DNA from: Candidatus Hodarchaeota archaeon
GTDB lineage: Archaea > Asgardarchaeota > Heimdallarchaeia > Hodarchaeales > Hodarchaeaceae
DNA: 31,518 nt
Direction of reading: 5' to 3'
Assembly: GCA_016840035.1 (NCBI GenBank)
Contig: JAEOTC010000066.1
Coordinates: 1-31,518 of the forward strand
Below the pieces are notes generated by a model. That model was given only the letters and a program-made list of their open reading frames with translations, was not told the DNA's origin and did not search any database. Shown here piece after piece: positions 8,366 through 17,969 of this stretch (the stretch's first letter is position 1; each line of letters opens with the position of its first letter). Made by a program: the position numbers and the translations under genes.

Positions 8366-11300
8366 GTGGAACAATTAGCAAATGATGATAAGTGGGAAGT
8401 CCTTAAATCCCTGTATAATGAATTTGGATTAGTAAGGCAACACCTTTACTCCTTCAATGAGTTCGTTGATAAAAAACTAAATGAGATCGTCCAAGAACGG
8501 CCTAAAATTGAACCAGATATTGAAGGATTTTATGTAAAATTGGAAGGAATCGAGGTTGGAGAACCTTCCGTGAGGGAAGCTGACGGTTCTGAAAGAACTA
8601 TTTACCCCATGGAAGCCCGCGTAAGGAATTTGATATATTCAGCCCCCCTTAATCTGAAAATGCGACCAGTATATGTAGATGCAGGAATTGAGAAGGAAGA
8701 GGAAGTAATTGTTGCTTACATTGGTAGATTACCAATTATGTTAAAATCAAATTCATGTTTGTTACATAATCTAACCACTGAAGAATTAACACGATTAGGA
8801 GAAGATCCTGAAGACCCTGGTGGATATTTTATTATAAATGGATCAGAAAGAGTAATTGTTACCCAAGAATATCTTGTATCAAACCGTGTATTAGTAGATG
8901 AAGGTCGAAAAGGATCCTCAACAACTGCAGTAGCGAAGGTATTCAGCACCGTTGCAGGATTCCGTTCATTAGTTTCTGTTCAACGAAGGAAGGATGGACG
9001 GTTACTTGTGAATTTCTTTAGTGTTCCTAGACCCCTTCCATTAGCGGTTTTGATCAAGGCACTAGGCATTACTATAGATCGTGATATTGCGAATCTTGTT
9101 AGTAATGATCCTGAACTAATCCAAGAACTGCTACCTACGTTACGAGAAGCAGCAGAAATTGTAGATCAGGAAGAAGCCTTGGATTTCATTGGTAAACGAG
9201 TTGCTGTAGGACAAACTAGACAGTATCGAATTTTGCGAGCTAAACAGGTATTAGACAACTATTTGTTGCCACATGTTGGAAAAGATGCTAGTTATCGAAA
9301 ACAAAAAGCCCTATATCTTGCGCAAATGGCCTTAAAGGTCATAAAGCTTAATTTAAAAAGAATCGAGGCTGATGACAAAGATCATTATGCGAATAAGAGA
9401 TTGAAACTTGCTGGTGAAATGCTTACCAGTCTTTTCCGTGTTGCTTTTCATTCCCTTTATCGTGATATTAAGTATCAACTTGAAAAAGGAGCACGGAGAG
9501 GTAAATTACCAAATTTACGAGTAGCAATGCGAGCTGATGTTATTACTGAACGGATCCGTCATGCCTTAGCAACTGGCAATTGGGTAGGCGGAAAAGCAGG
9601 AGTATCGCAGTTATTAGATCGTACAAACTATATGTCTACTTATAGCCATCTTAGACGTGTAATTAGTCCTCTCATCCGAAGTCAAGCTCACTTTGAAGCT
9701 AGAGATTTACATGCTACTCATTGGGGAAAGATATGCCCAAATGAAACTCCAGAGGGGCCTAATTGTGGATTGGTGAAAAATCTTGCAATGCAAGCTTATA
9801 TCTCAATTGGCACACCCGACGAACCGGTTAAAGAGTTTATCTATCAAAATTGTAAAGCTATTCCAGTAACTGAAGACATCGACCATCAAGGCGTTCAAAT
9901 ATTACTAAATGGAAACCTTATTTCCACGACGAGAGAGCCACTCGAAACCTTCACCATGATCAGAAATGCAAGAAGAACTAATAAGCTCTATCATGAGATT
10001 AATTTGGCCTTCTTTGAAGAAAATCATGTTATCTCAATCAATACTGATGAAGGACGTGTTCGTAGACCATTAATCATACTTGATCCCTCAGAGAATCCAG
10101 AACAACCGGCTATTCCAAGACTCAAAATGGGGCATATTGAGAAATTACGGAAAGGTGACATAAAGTTTTCCGATTTGTTAAGAGAAGGAGTAATTGAATT
10201 TCTTGACGCAGAGGAAGAAGAAAATTCATTTATTGCGATGACTTTAGATGAAATTGAAGTAAATCATACACATGTAGAAATTTCTCCTTCCGCAATATTA
10301 GGCATATGTGCGTCCATCATTCCGTATGCTGAACACAATCAATCACCTCGTAATACTTATGAAGCGGGAATGACAAAACAAGCTCTAGGACTTTATGCTT
10401 CTAATTTCTACTTCCGAACTGATCGTCGTGCTCATATATTACAAGCTCCTCAAATACCTTTAGTGGGTAGTAAACCAATGGAGGTCATTGGGTTCAATGA
10501 TCGTCCTGCTGGACAAAATTTCATCGTGGCAATCTTGAGTTTCCAGGGTTACAACATCGAAGATGCTATCATACTTAATAGAGCTAGTGTTCAGAGAGGT
10601 TTAGCTCGAAGTCATTTCTTTAGATCATATGTTGGTGAGGAGAAGAAGTATTTAGGCGGACAAGAAGACAGGTTCGAGATTCCTCAAAAAGGAGTGCGTG
10701 GGTATCGTGCAAAAGAAGTTTATAGGCATTTGAGCGAGGTCGATGGTATTATTGAACCAGAGATTGAAGTAGGAGGAGGAGATATCTTAGTTGGACGGAC
10801 TTCTCGACCACGTTTTCTAGAAGAATACATTGAACTAGATTCATTTGAGTCTGCAACTCCCCAACGAAGAGAAACAAGCCTTGCTATCCGTCATGGCGAG
10901 AAAGGTATTGTTGACGCGGTAATTCTGACTGAAACTTCTGAAGGAAGTACTTTGGTAAAGATAAAAGTTCGTGATCAAAGAGTTCCCGAGTTAGGAGACA
11001 AATTTGCATCTCGACATGGCCAGAAGGGAATCATTGGAAATGTTGTTCCACAAAGTGATATGCCTTTTACAGAAGAGGGAATTGTACCAGATTTAATCAT
11101 CAACCCACATGCCATTCCAAGCCGAATGACGGTGGGCCAAATAATTGAATGTATGAGTGCTATTGTTGCTTGTTATGAAGGTAAACAAATTGACGCGACT
11201 CTTTTTGAATCTCCTGATCCTGAAGATATTGCTGATCGTTTGAGAAATTTAGGTTTTCATCCCTACGCTGAGTCCGTCATGTATGATGGAATGACTGGTC

Positions 11301-11737
11301 AAAAACTTCCTGCACGAATATTTATCGGGCCAACTTATTATCAAAAACTACATCATCTTGTATCTGATAAAATTCATGCTCGGGCACGTGGACCTATTCA
11401 GATCCTCACTCGTCAACCTACAGAAGGACGTGCACGTGAAGGAGGGCTGAGATTCGGCGAGATGGAACGTGATTGTCTGATTGGACACGGAGCTGCTTTA
11501 TTATTAAAAGAACGGTTACTAGAGGAATCAGATAAAACTGAAATCTTTATTTGTGAGAATTGTGGGGTGATAGCAACGTGGGATCGAAAAAAGGATCAAA
11601 CTTACTGTAGTATCTGTGGGACAGTAGATACTGGGATTTATAAGATTGCGATATCTTATGCATTTAAACTATTGTTGCAGGAATTAATGGCTCTGACAAT
11701 TAAACCTCAAATTGTGTTAGCAGACAGTACATATTAA
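8366..11737 (+). CDS. rpoB: DNA-directed RNA polymerase subunit B (Rpo2), unsplit
   Basis: DPGGYFIINGSERV, ETPEGPNCGLVKNL, GYNIEDA, GDKFASRHGQKG, NPHAIPSRMT, RQPTEGRAREGGLRFGEMERD and a C-terminal CxxC/CxxC clamp zinc site. GTG start after GAGGT. Confidence 0.99.
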   Translation: MEQLANDDKWEVLKSLYNEFGLVRQHLYSFNEFVDKKLNEIVQERPKIEPDIEGFYVKLEGIEVGEPSVREADGSERTIYPMEARVRNLIYSAPLNLKMRPVYVDAGIEKEEEVIVAYIGRLPIMLKSNSCLLHNLTTEELTRLGEDPEDPGGYFIINGSERVIVTQEYLVSNRVLVDEGRKGSSTTAVAKVFSTVAGFRSLVSVQRRKDGRLLVNFFSVPRPLPLAVLIKALGITIDRDIANLVSNDPELIQELLPTLREAAEIVDQEEALDFIGKRVAVGQTRQYRILRAKQVLDNYLLPHVGKDASYRKQKALYLAQMALKVIKLNLKRIEADDKDHYANKRLKLAGEMLTSLFRVAFHSLYRDIKYQLEKGARRGKLPNLRVAMRADVITERIRHALATGNWVGGKAGVSQLLDRTNYMSTYSHLRRVISPLIRSQAHFEARDLHATHWGKICPNETPEGPNCGLVKNLAMQAYISIGTPDEPVKEFIYQNCKAIPVTEDIDHQGVQILLNGNLISTTREPLETFTMIRNARRTNKLYHEINLAFFEENHVISINTDEGRVRRPLIILDPSENPEQPAIPRLKMGHIEKLRKGDIKFSDLLREGVIEFLDAEEEENSFIAMTLDEIEVNHTHVEISPSAILGICASIIPYAEHNQSPRNTYEAGMTKQALGLYASNFYFRTDRRAHILQAPQIPLVGSKPMEVIGFNDRPAGQNFIVAILSFQGYNIEDAIILNRASVQRGLARSHFFRSYVGEEKKYLGGQEDRFEIPQKGVRGYRAKEVYRHLSEVDGIIEPEIEVGGGDILVGRTSRPRFLEEYIELDSFESATPQRRETSLAIRHGEKGIVDAVILTETSEGSTLVKIKVRDQRVPELGDKFASRHGQKGIIGNVVPQSDMPFTEEGIVPDLIINPHAIPSRMTVGQIIECMSAIVACYEGKQIDATLFESPDPEDIADRLRNLGFHPYAESVMYDGMTGQKLPARIFIGPTYYQKLHHLVSDKIHARARGPIQILTRQPTEGRAREGGLRFGEMERDCLIGHGAALLLKERLLEESDKTEIFICENCGVIATWDRKKDQTYCSICGTVDTGIYKIAISYAFKLLLQELMALTIKPQIVLADSTY

Positions 11738-11742
11738 TCAAG

Positions 11743-11952
11743 GTGGACATAATGGGAATTGATAGTAGTAGTAGAATGGGTTCAGCAAGTTTCTATAAAA
11801 GAGCAATGCGAATTCTGAAACTCGCCAAGAAGCCAGACAGATCAGAAGTAACGCTAGTTATTAAGATTACTGTAGCTGGAATGGCAGTATTGGGTTTAGT
11901 AGCCTTTGTTATACGGTTTATTATATTTGTAATACTTGGTCGTGAATTATAG
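11743..11952 (+). CDS. secE: Protein translocase subunit SecE / Sec61 gamma
   Basis: RILKLAKKPDRSE followed by a single TM helix (GMAVLGLVAFVI). Upstream of spt5. Confidence 0.93.
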   Translation: MDIMGIDSSSRMGSASFYKRAMRILKLAKKPDRSEVTLVIKITVAGMAVLGLVAFVIRFIIFVILGREL

Positions 11953-11990
11953 GAAATATTAGTCCTGAATTCTTCTTAAATTAAGATTAA

Positions 11991-12473
11991 GTGATTAGAA
12001 TGCTAGAAAAATATGGAATTTACTGCTACAAGGTGAAAAAGGGCCAAGAATTCAATGCCGCGGAATCAATTGCACAGTATGCTGATGTCCATCGTTTTGA
12101 TATAAACACTGTCCTTGTTACCGAAATACAAGGATATTTATTTATCGAGGGGAATATTCAAGATATTTTGAAGGCCGTTGAGAACGCTCATTATGTCAGT
12201 AAGCAATTAGGACGTGTCCCAATCTCGGAATTAGAAAATCAATTAGTTCCTACTCCAGTCATTGAGGGTTTGAAATCTGGAGATATTGTTGAAATTACGG
12301 AAGGTCCTTTCAAAGGAAGTCAAGCTAGGATTTCTTCAATTTATCAAGCTCGTGAGGAGATTACTGTTGATTTATTGACCAGTAGTGTTACAATACCAAT
12401 CGTACTCCATGCTGATTCAGTGAAATTGATACAACCCAGTGAAGAAGAGGACGAAACTGAAGTCGAGTTGTAA
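11991..12473 (+). CDS. spt5: Transcription elongation factor Spt5 (NusG family)
   Basis: NGN domain (GQE...GYLFIEG) plus KOW motif (GDIVEITEGPFKG). Confidence 0.95.
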   Translation: MIRMLEKYGIYCYKVKKGQEFNAAESIAQYADVHRFDINTVLVTEIQGYLFIEGNIQDILKAVENAHYVSKQLGRVPISELENQLVPTPVIEGLKSGDIVEITEGPFKGSQARISSIYQAREEITVDLLTSSVTIPIVLHADSVKLIQPSEEEDETEVEL

Positions 12474-12542
12474 AATCTTCTAGCTACTAGAGCCTAACTT
12501 ATTAATCCTGAAAAAAGAAAGCCTAGACGAAGGATATATTCT

Positions 12543-12574
12543 GCAGGAGTCTCGGTACTTCGAGTTCTAACTGC
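12543..12574 (+). promoter_or_regulatory. Candidate structured leader (internal-loop hairpin, uL1-binding-site-like) upstream of uL10
   Basis: GCAG-GA-GTCTCG-GTACTT-CGAGTT-CTAA-CTGC: a GC-rich hairpin in AT-rich intergenic DNA. Function is inferred only. Confidence 0.35.
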
Positions 12575-12592
12575 TTAATTAGCGAAAACGAG

Positions 12593-13516
12593 ATGAATAT
12601 TATGGCTATCTCAATCACAAAAATGAAAAGCGGCTCGGATAGAAAAGAAGCCCAAATTGAGACTATTGTTAAATTAGCAGAAGAGAATTCAGTCATTGGT
12701 ATTGCTGATTTGAGTGGAATAAGTTCTAAAGCAATTCAAGGAATAAGAACATCCTTAAGATCAGGAGAGGTAAGTGCGACACTTAAAGTCGCAAAAAATA
12801 CCCTGAAAGCAATCGCACTGGGAAAACTGGAAGGAAAAACTAGTAAAAAAACTGTAGAACAGTTTCTCGCAAATATCACTGGTTCCTGTGCCCTGATTTT
12901 TACCAATGAAAATCCTTTTAAACTTCAGCAATTTCTTAGTAGGAATTCCGTTCCTGCACCTGCAAAAGCAGGCCAGATCTCCCCTGTAGAAGTGTTTATC
13001 CCTGAAGGTGTTACCAATCTCGATCCAGGTCCAATAATTAGTGAATTAGGTTCAATCGGATTACAAACTAGGATAGAGAAAGGTAAAATAAGAATAACAA
13101 AAACTGCCAAGGTTCTCTCTGTCGGAGATACTGTTAGTGAAACTCATGCAGCTGTACTTACAAGACTTGGAATCCAACCGTTTAGTGTAAACCTTCAATT
13201 GAGCTATGTACTTGAGGGTGATGAGGTAATTGATGGAAGCATACTAGACGTTGATGAGGATCAAATTCTGTCTGATCTAAAACAAGCTTATATGAATGCT
13301 TTAGCTCTTGCAGTTGATCCAAGCGTGAATTATTATTCAATGCAATCAATTCCAGTTTTACTTAGTAATGCAGCACGTCAAGCTTTTAATCTATCTATAG
13401 AATCGAATTACATCACACAAGATAATCTCAATATATTACTGGCGAAAACAAAAGCCCAGGCAAATACATTGAAGGGAAAAGTATCTGATTCAAAAATAAA
13501 ATTCAAAGAATACTGA
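12593..13516 (+). CDS. rplP0: 50S ribosomal protein uL10 (P0)
   Basis: KVAKNTL, LIFTNENPFKL, PAPAKAGQISP, GVTNLDPGP, LTRLGIQP, including the archaeal/eukaryotic insertion domain. No acidic C-terminal tail. Confidence 0.95.
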   Translation: MNIMAISITKMKSGSDRKEAQIETIVKLAEENSVIGIADLSGISSKAIQGIRTSLRSGEVSATLKVAKNTLKAIALGKLEGKTSKKTVEQFLANITGSCALIFTNENPFKLQQFLSRNSVPAPAKAGQISPVEVFIPEGVTNLDPGPIISELGSIGLQTRIEKGKIRITKTAKVLSVGDTVSETHAAVLTRLGIQPFSVNLQLSYVLEGDEVIDGSILDVDEDQILSDLKQAYMNALALAVDPSVNYYSMQSIPVLLSNAARQAFNLSIESNYITQDNLNILLAKTKAQANTLKGKVSDSKIKFKEY

Positions 13517-13549
13517 TCTTGACTATTAGTTGTCCTTATCAAGAAATAA

Positions 13550-14473
13550 TCATTTCAAGATCTTTTGGATATATTTTTCTGGATTGAATTTCTCTAAATC
13601 TGAGTATTTCTGTCCAGTTCCGATATACATTACTGGCAGACCATTTGTAGCATGTGTTACTGATATTAAAGCTCCTCCCCTTGCATCTGCATCCATTTTC
13701 GATAATATAACTCCATCTAAGTTAATGGATTTGTGAAACTCTGAAGCTTGTTTGGTTGCATCATTTCCAGCAAGAGCATCGACAACTAAAATTGTATAAT
13801 CTGGACGTGTAACCCGTTTGATTTTCATCATTTCTTGCATTAGATCTTTATTAATAGCCATTCTACCTGAGGTGTCTATTATGACTACATCCGCATATTT
13901 TGATTTTGCGTGAGCAATGGCATCATAAGCAACCGCTGCAGAATCACTTCCGTAATCTCCTGAAATTATCTTAACACCTACTTTGTCTGCATGAATCTTT
14001 AGTTGTTCTTGTGCACCAGATCTAAAAGTATCACTTGCTGCGAGAATCACACGCATTTTTTTCTTCTTTAGTAGGTATGCTAATTTTGCGATTGTAGTTG
14101 TTTTTCCAGTACCATTAATTCCCAATAAAAGAATGATAACGGGTTCTTTTGTAAGAGATTGTTCTGTTTTTTTCCTTGACTCAACTATCTCCTCTATCAA
14201 ATCGATTGATTTGGAGGGGGAGATGATTTTAATGAGGGCAGGTTCTGCATTGTCTAAAAGAAATTTTGAAAGATCGCTAAATCTACGAGCCCTTTTTCCT
14301 TTCATCTTATTAATTAAATCTGTTGCTATCGCGTTTGCAACTTCAATAGAGACATCATTAGTAATTAGTAATCGCTTGAAATCGGTGATTGCTCTCTGGA
14401 TGTTTTTTTCTGTGATTTCATATGTAGAGAATTTCTTCTTAAGTGAACCCACCCCTTTCTTAAGTGATGACAT
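13550..14473 (-). CDS. ftsY: Signal recognition particle receptor FtsY
   Basis: GINGTGKTTTIAKLA, DTFRSGAQEQL, DTSGR, SKMDADARGG, GTGQKYSDL. Confidence 0.97.
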   Translation of the reverse strand: MSSLKKGVGSLKKKFSTYEITEKNIQRAITDFKRLLITNDVSIEVANAIATDLINKMKGKRARRFSDLSKFLLDNAEPALIKIISPSKSIDLIEEIVESRKKTEQSLTKEPVIILLLGINGTGKTTTIAKLAYLLKKKKMRVILAASDTFRSGAQEQLKIHADKVGVKIISGDYGSDSAAVAYDAIAHAKSKYADVVIIDTSGRMAINKDLMQEMMKIKRVTRPDYTILVVDALAGNDATKQASEFHKSINLDGVILSKMDADARGGALISVTHATNGLPVMYIGTGQKYSDLEKFNPEKYIQKILK

Positions 14474-14524
14474 TCTTACATCAGCTAGTGTAATTGTTAC
14501 TTTTTCAAGATTTGGTCAATGATT

Positions 14525-14974
14525 TTATTGTCCAAGGACTTGGTAATCCTGGGCAATCTTCACTAATTCAGTCCTTCGATTATTCATCATCTGAGAGAAT
14601 TGATTGTACTGATCTCTTAGTTGTTTCACATTGGAGTTTAAGCTATCGAGTTGAGTTTTATTCCTCTCTTTAGCCTCCTTTAATGAAGCTTGCCGACTTA
14701 TACCTGATCCAAGAGAGATAAAAACTTTATCTGGATCTTTGATTGTACAAAGAATGTAGTTTGATCCTCCAATTTGAATAAGCATCTCATCACCGCCCTT
14801 TTTTCCTTCAAGTTCTGTTTGAGTTAGAATGGACCCATCGATAGAGGTCATTGCTCTATTTATTAGTGATATCTGCTGCTCTATAGCATTTAAATTTAGC
14901 TGAAGTTGTTCAATTTCAGTCTGAAGAACTTGAACTCGTTGAAGAATCTCCGGAGGCAAATTGGGATTCGCCAT
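14525..14974 (-). CDS. pfdA: Prefoldin subunit alpha
   Basis: Coiled coil, two beta hairpins (EMLIQIGGSNY...KVFISLGSGI), coiled coil. Conserved position between eL20 and ftsY. Confidence 0.9.
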   Translation of the reverse strand: MANPNLPPEILQRVQVLQTEIEQLQLNLNAIEQQISLINRAMTSIDGSILTQTELEGKKGGDEMLIQIGGSNYILCTIKDPDKVFISLGSGISRQASLKEAKERNKTQLDSLNSNVKQLRDQYNQFSQMMNNRRTELVKIAQDYQVLGQ

Positions 14975-14976
14975 TA

Positions 14977-15243
14977 CTAGTCCTCTACAGGGATGGAGAA
15001 TTCATTGTTGATTATTTTCTCAATTAAGGGATCTGTAACTTCTTCTTTTGAAATCTCTGAAATACTTAGGATTTTTATTTGATTTCGTTTTAAACGGTTT
15101 TTACTCCCAAGTTGTGAGAATAGTTTATCTTTTGCATTTTTTTCTGTAACAGCTAAATATTCCTTTGAGAATGGTGAAGTTTCTCTTCTCTGCTTAAATT
15201 GACCTGAAATTCGGTAAATTTTTACAGATTTTTCATTTGACAT
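14977..15243 (-). CDS. rpl18a: 50S ribosomal protein eL20 (L18Ae/LX)
   Basis: VKIYRISG...FSKEY...LFSQLGSKNRLKRNQIKI...EI. Confidence 0.92.
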   Translation of the reverse strand: MSNEKSVKIYRISGQFKQRRETSPFSKEYLAVTEKNAKDKLFSQLGSKNRLKRNQIKILSISEISKEEVTDPLIEKIINNEFSIPVED

Positions 15244-15313
15244 AATTTTACACCTCTTTTGGTTTACTTTGTGTTTGTTTTATAATTTCAATTCTATGTG
15301 ATTAATCGCAATA

Positions 15314-15967
15314 TTAGGAGGAGAAACATCTTGTTATTTCCATTATTTCAATACCTGTTGTTTCTCGTCCAATCAGTAGTCCTTTGGAGTTACCGATAAT
15401 TCCAGAGGAAATAAATTCAGATCCTTTATTGACACTTCCTACTCCAATCTCTTCAAGATTTAGTATGGATTTCAATTCCTTTACTTCATCCTCGTGGGAG
15501 AGTGGGGTGATCAAACCTCCATAATTGGTAATATAGGCTAAACTTCCTACTAGATCTGAATTAGCAATTGTTCTAACGGTAAGAGGCACCTTTAAAATGT
15601 TTTGAATGTTCTCACGGATTTTAGAGGGTACTATTGGGGAGATGATTCCGCCAAAATCATTTGCTAACACTACATTACCGAAAGCAAAGAATTCTGGAGC
15701 CTGATAAACAGGTAGACCTGTTGATTCTATTTGTTCGACTACTTCCTTCGATACTACATTTGAAAGAATAAATCCATTGGAGTTCCCAAGGACTAATGAA
15801 CCAATTATTCTTTCAGCGAGTTTAATTGCCTCAATATTCATAGTTGATTCTATAAGATTGACAAGAGCTTCTGGTGTTTCAATAGGAACTAGTGCATAGT
15901 TTTCTGTACAAAGAATTGAGACTCCAATATGGATGTTTCCGTTTAAGTCAGCAAATTCAATCTCCAA
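15314..15967 (-). CDS. eif6: Translation initiation factor 6 (aIF6/eIF6)
   Basis: GNIHIGV, GNSNG, GNVVLANDFG, VGSVNKGS, IGRETTGIE repeats. TTG start after AGGAG. Confidence 0.95.
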   Translation of the reverse strand: MEIEFADLNGNIHIGVSILCTENYALVPIETPEALVNLIESTMNIEAIKLAERIIGSLVLGNSNGFILSNVVSKEVVEQIESTGLPVYQAPEFFAFGNVVLANDFGGIISPIVPSKIRENIQNILKVPLTVRTIANSDLVGSLAYITNYGGLITPLSHEDEVKELKSILNLEEIGVGSVNKGSEFISSGIIGNSKGLLIGRETTGIEIMEITRCFSS

Positions 15968-16027
15968 TACCTAGGCATCTCCTTTTTAAAACAATTGAAC
16001 CAATTTTTGTTCTAAAGAATCCAATAA

Positions 16028-16309
16028 TCATGCAAGGAAGACGGTAACAATGTCGTCTTCGGTTTTTACAACACGTATACGGATTCTTCGTGGGGGATGC
16101 TGAATGCCTCTTGTCCACATTAATTCATTGACTTCAGGTGTAATAATAATATTTTCACTCCTCAGATGCCGTTGAATAAATGACTTCAAATGACGCATTG
16201 CTCTTGGAGTCCTCTTCTGTCGTGGAATCTTTCGTCCATAGACCACCTTACTAAAGGGTACGGTGTAAATTCTTTCTTCAATAATAGAATCTTCTGGTGT
16301 TTCACTCAT
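16028..16309 (-). CDS. rpl31e: 50S ribosomal protein eL31
   Basis: ERIYTVP...RTPRAM...FIQRH...VNELMWTRGIQHPPRRIRIRV. Confidence 0.97.
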   Translation of the reverse strand: MSETPEDSIIEERIYTVPFSKVVYGRKIPRQKRTPRAMRHLKSFIQRHLRSENIIITPEVNELMWTRGIQHPPRRIRIRVVKTEDDIVTVFLA

Positions 16310-16320
16310 TTTGTTTCACC

Positions 16321-16476
16321 TTATGGTTTAATCTTAGTACTACGCCACCGTCTCTTTTTTGGGTGATTTGTAAATCGTCGTGAGGTTCTCATAATTACCC
16401 ATGTAGGAACAGTCTGATTTTCCTTTCCTTTCTTCCCTAATCTGATTTTTTTTGGGAATGGTTTATTTCGTGCCAT
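16321..16476 (-). CDS. rpl39e: 50S ribosomal protein eL39
   Basis: Not in the ORF track. Hand translation: MARNKPFPKKIRLGKKGKENQTVPTWVIMRTSRRFTNHPKKRRWRSTKIKP* (51 aa). Directly upstream of eL31. Confidence 0.96.
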   Translation of the reverse strand: MARNKPFPKKIRLGKKGKENQTVPTWVIMRTSRRFTNHPKKRRWRSTKIKP

Positions 16477-16488
16477 TGTTCTTGCTCC

Positions 16489-17148
16489 TTAATTTTTATC
16501 CACTTTCGTAGAAGGACCCATGGTAGTCTTAATGGTTATTGATTTAATCTGTGTAGATCCTTTCGGTAATTTTCCCGTAAGTGTTTGGAGGATTGCGTTT
16601 GCGTTTTCAGATAGCATTTTGTTATCTAAATTGGCTTTCCCTATTTTAGCATTAATAACTGGGGTAGATTTTAAACGTAACTTCACTGTTCTACCATATC
16701 GCTCCACAAATTTCTCGATATCTACTTTAGGTGGTATTGGTTTGGGCATTTTTCCCCTTGGTCCAAGGATTTTTCCTAAAAATCTCGCTACAACTCCCAT
16801 TAGGGGAGGTTGTGCGAGGAAAAATGCATATTGATTAGCAAATTTTTTCGCTTGCTTGGGTTCTTTAGATAATTGTTCGATTTCCTTGCGACCTAAGGTT
16901 TGTAATCCTGATTCTTTAGATTTTGTTGCGAGGTCTCCCTCAGCAAAGACGGCAACACGGGTGTCGCCTCCCAAATCGTTAGGAACCAAGGTTTCAATAT
17001 TTATTCGGTTCGTAGGATTCTTTAGGTCAATATCACGTAAGCCTATGGAAATTTCAACAGTCTCAGTAAATTTACGTTGTTTTCTTTCCTCACTTAAACT
17101 TTTGGCTTTTGATATTGCTTCTTCCAGTTGATTTGGTGCATAAGACAT
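16489..17148 (-). CDS. rpl1: 50S ribosomal protein uL1
   Basis: RKFTETVEISIGLRDIDL, LGKILGPRGKMP, IKTTMGP. Confidence 0.97.
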   Translation of the reverse strand: MSYAPNQLEEAISKAKSLSEERKQRKFTETVEISIGLRDIDLKNPTNRINIETLVPNDLGGDTRVAVFAEGDLATKSKESGLQTLGRKEIEQLSKEPKQAKKFANQYAFFLAQPPLMGVVARFLGKILGPRGKMPKPIPPKVDIEKFVERYGRTVKLRLKSTPVINAKIGKANLDNKMLSENANAILQTLTGKLPKGSTQIKSITIKTTMGPSTKVDKN

Positions 17149-17483
17149 AATAAAATCCCTTCATATTTTCTTAATGGGTTTTATTTAAATTTTTAGACTG
17201 CTTCTAGGTTTTTTAGACTTATTTTTTGTGTGTTTTGAGGAGTTTATCCCTCATTTGTAAAAAGGAAATCCTTCACTTGAAATTTAAATTTACTAAATTC
17301 TTTTACTCTATGTCTCCCTTACACAAATTCTTTTTATTTTAGCGAATAATAGGCTAATTAAAGATATAAAGGAAAAGAATTCGATGATAACAACTCTTAA
17401 TTTGTCTAGAAAATCTTCCTAACCTGTTAAGTATATTAGCTTATTCACATTGTATAGGCGTCTTTTCGATTAAAATCAAACTT

Positions 17484-17963
17484 GTGATCAAAATGGCAAA
17501 AACAGTTGAAGCATTAGTTGATGCAGGACAAGCCACCCCTGGTCCACCCCTTGGTCCAGCACTTGGCCCCCTAGGTGTTAACATCAAAGCAGTTATTGAT
17601 GAAATCAACAAGAAAACTCAAAATTTTAAAGGAATGAAAGTACCAATTGTTGTTGAAGTACATGATAATCGGAAATTCTCAATTACTGTTGGTGTCCCTC
17701 CTACATCATCACTCCTTTTGAGTGAAGCCAGAGTAGAAAAAGGAAGTGGAACTCCAAATTCTGAAAAAGTCGGTAATTTAAAGTTCGAACAATGTGTTAA
17801 AGTAGCTAAGATGAAACGAGATGCGATGTTAGCCGTTGATTTACGCGCTGCAGTAAAAGAAGTTGTAGGTACTTGTGTTTCCATTGGATTAACTGTTGAT
17901 GATTCTGAACCCAAGAAAATCATCGAAGAAATAAATTCAGGGACCTATGATAGCTATTTTTGA
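17484..17963 (+). CDS. rpl11: 50S ribosomal protein uL11
   Basis: GQATPGPPLGPALGPLGVNI, PPTSSLL, KEVVGTCVSIG. Likely ATG start at 17493. Confidence 0.98.
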   Translation: MIKMAKTVEALVDAGQATPGPPLGPALGPLGVNIKAVIDEINKKTQNFKGMKVPIVVEVHDNRKFSITVGVPPTSSLLLSEARVEKGSGTPNSEKVGNLKFEQCVKVAKMKRDAMLAVDLRAAVKEVVGTCVSIGLTVDDSEPKKIIEEINSGTYDSYF

Positions 17964-17969
17964 GGTATA

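Noticed and set aside
8366-11737. Intein in rpoB or a divergent/viral rpoB
   Set aside because: The length (1123 aa) and all motifs are canonical for an unsplit archaeal Rpo2.
13550-14473. FtsY without an acidic or longin N-terminal domain
   Set aside because: NG-only FtsY with a short amphipathic N-terminal helix is common in archaea.
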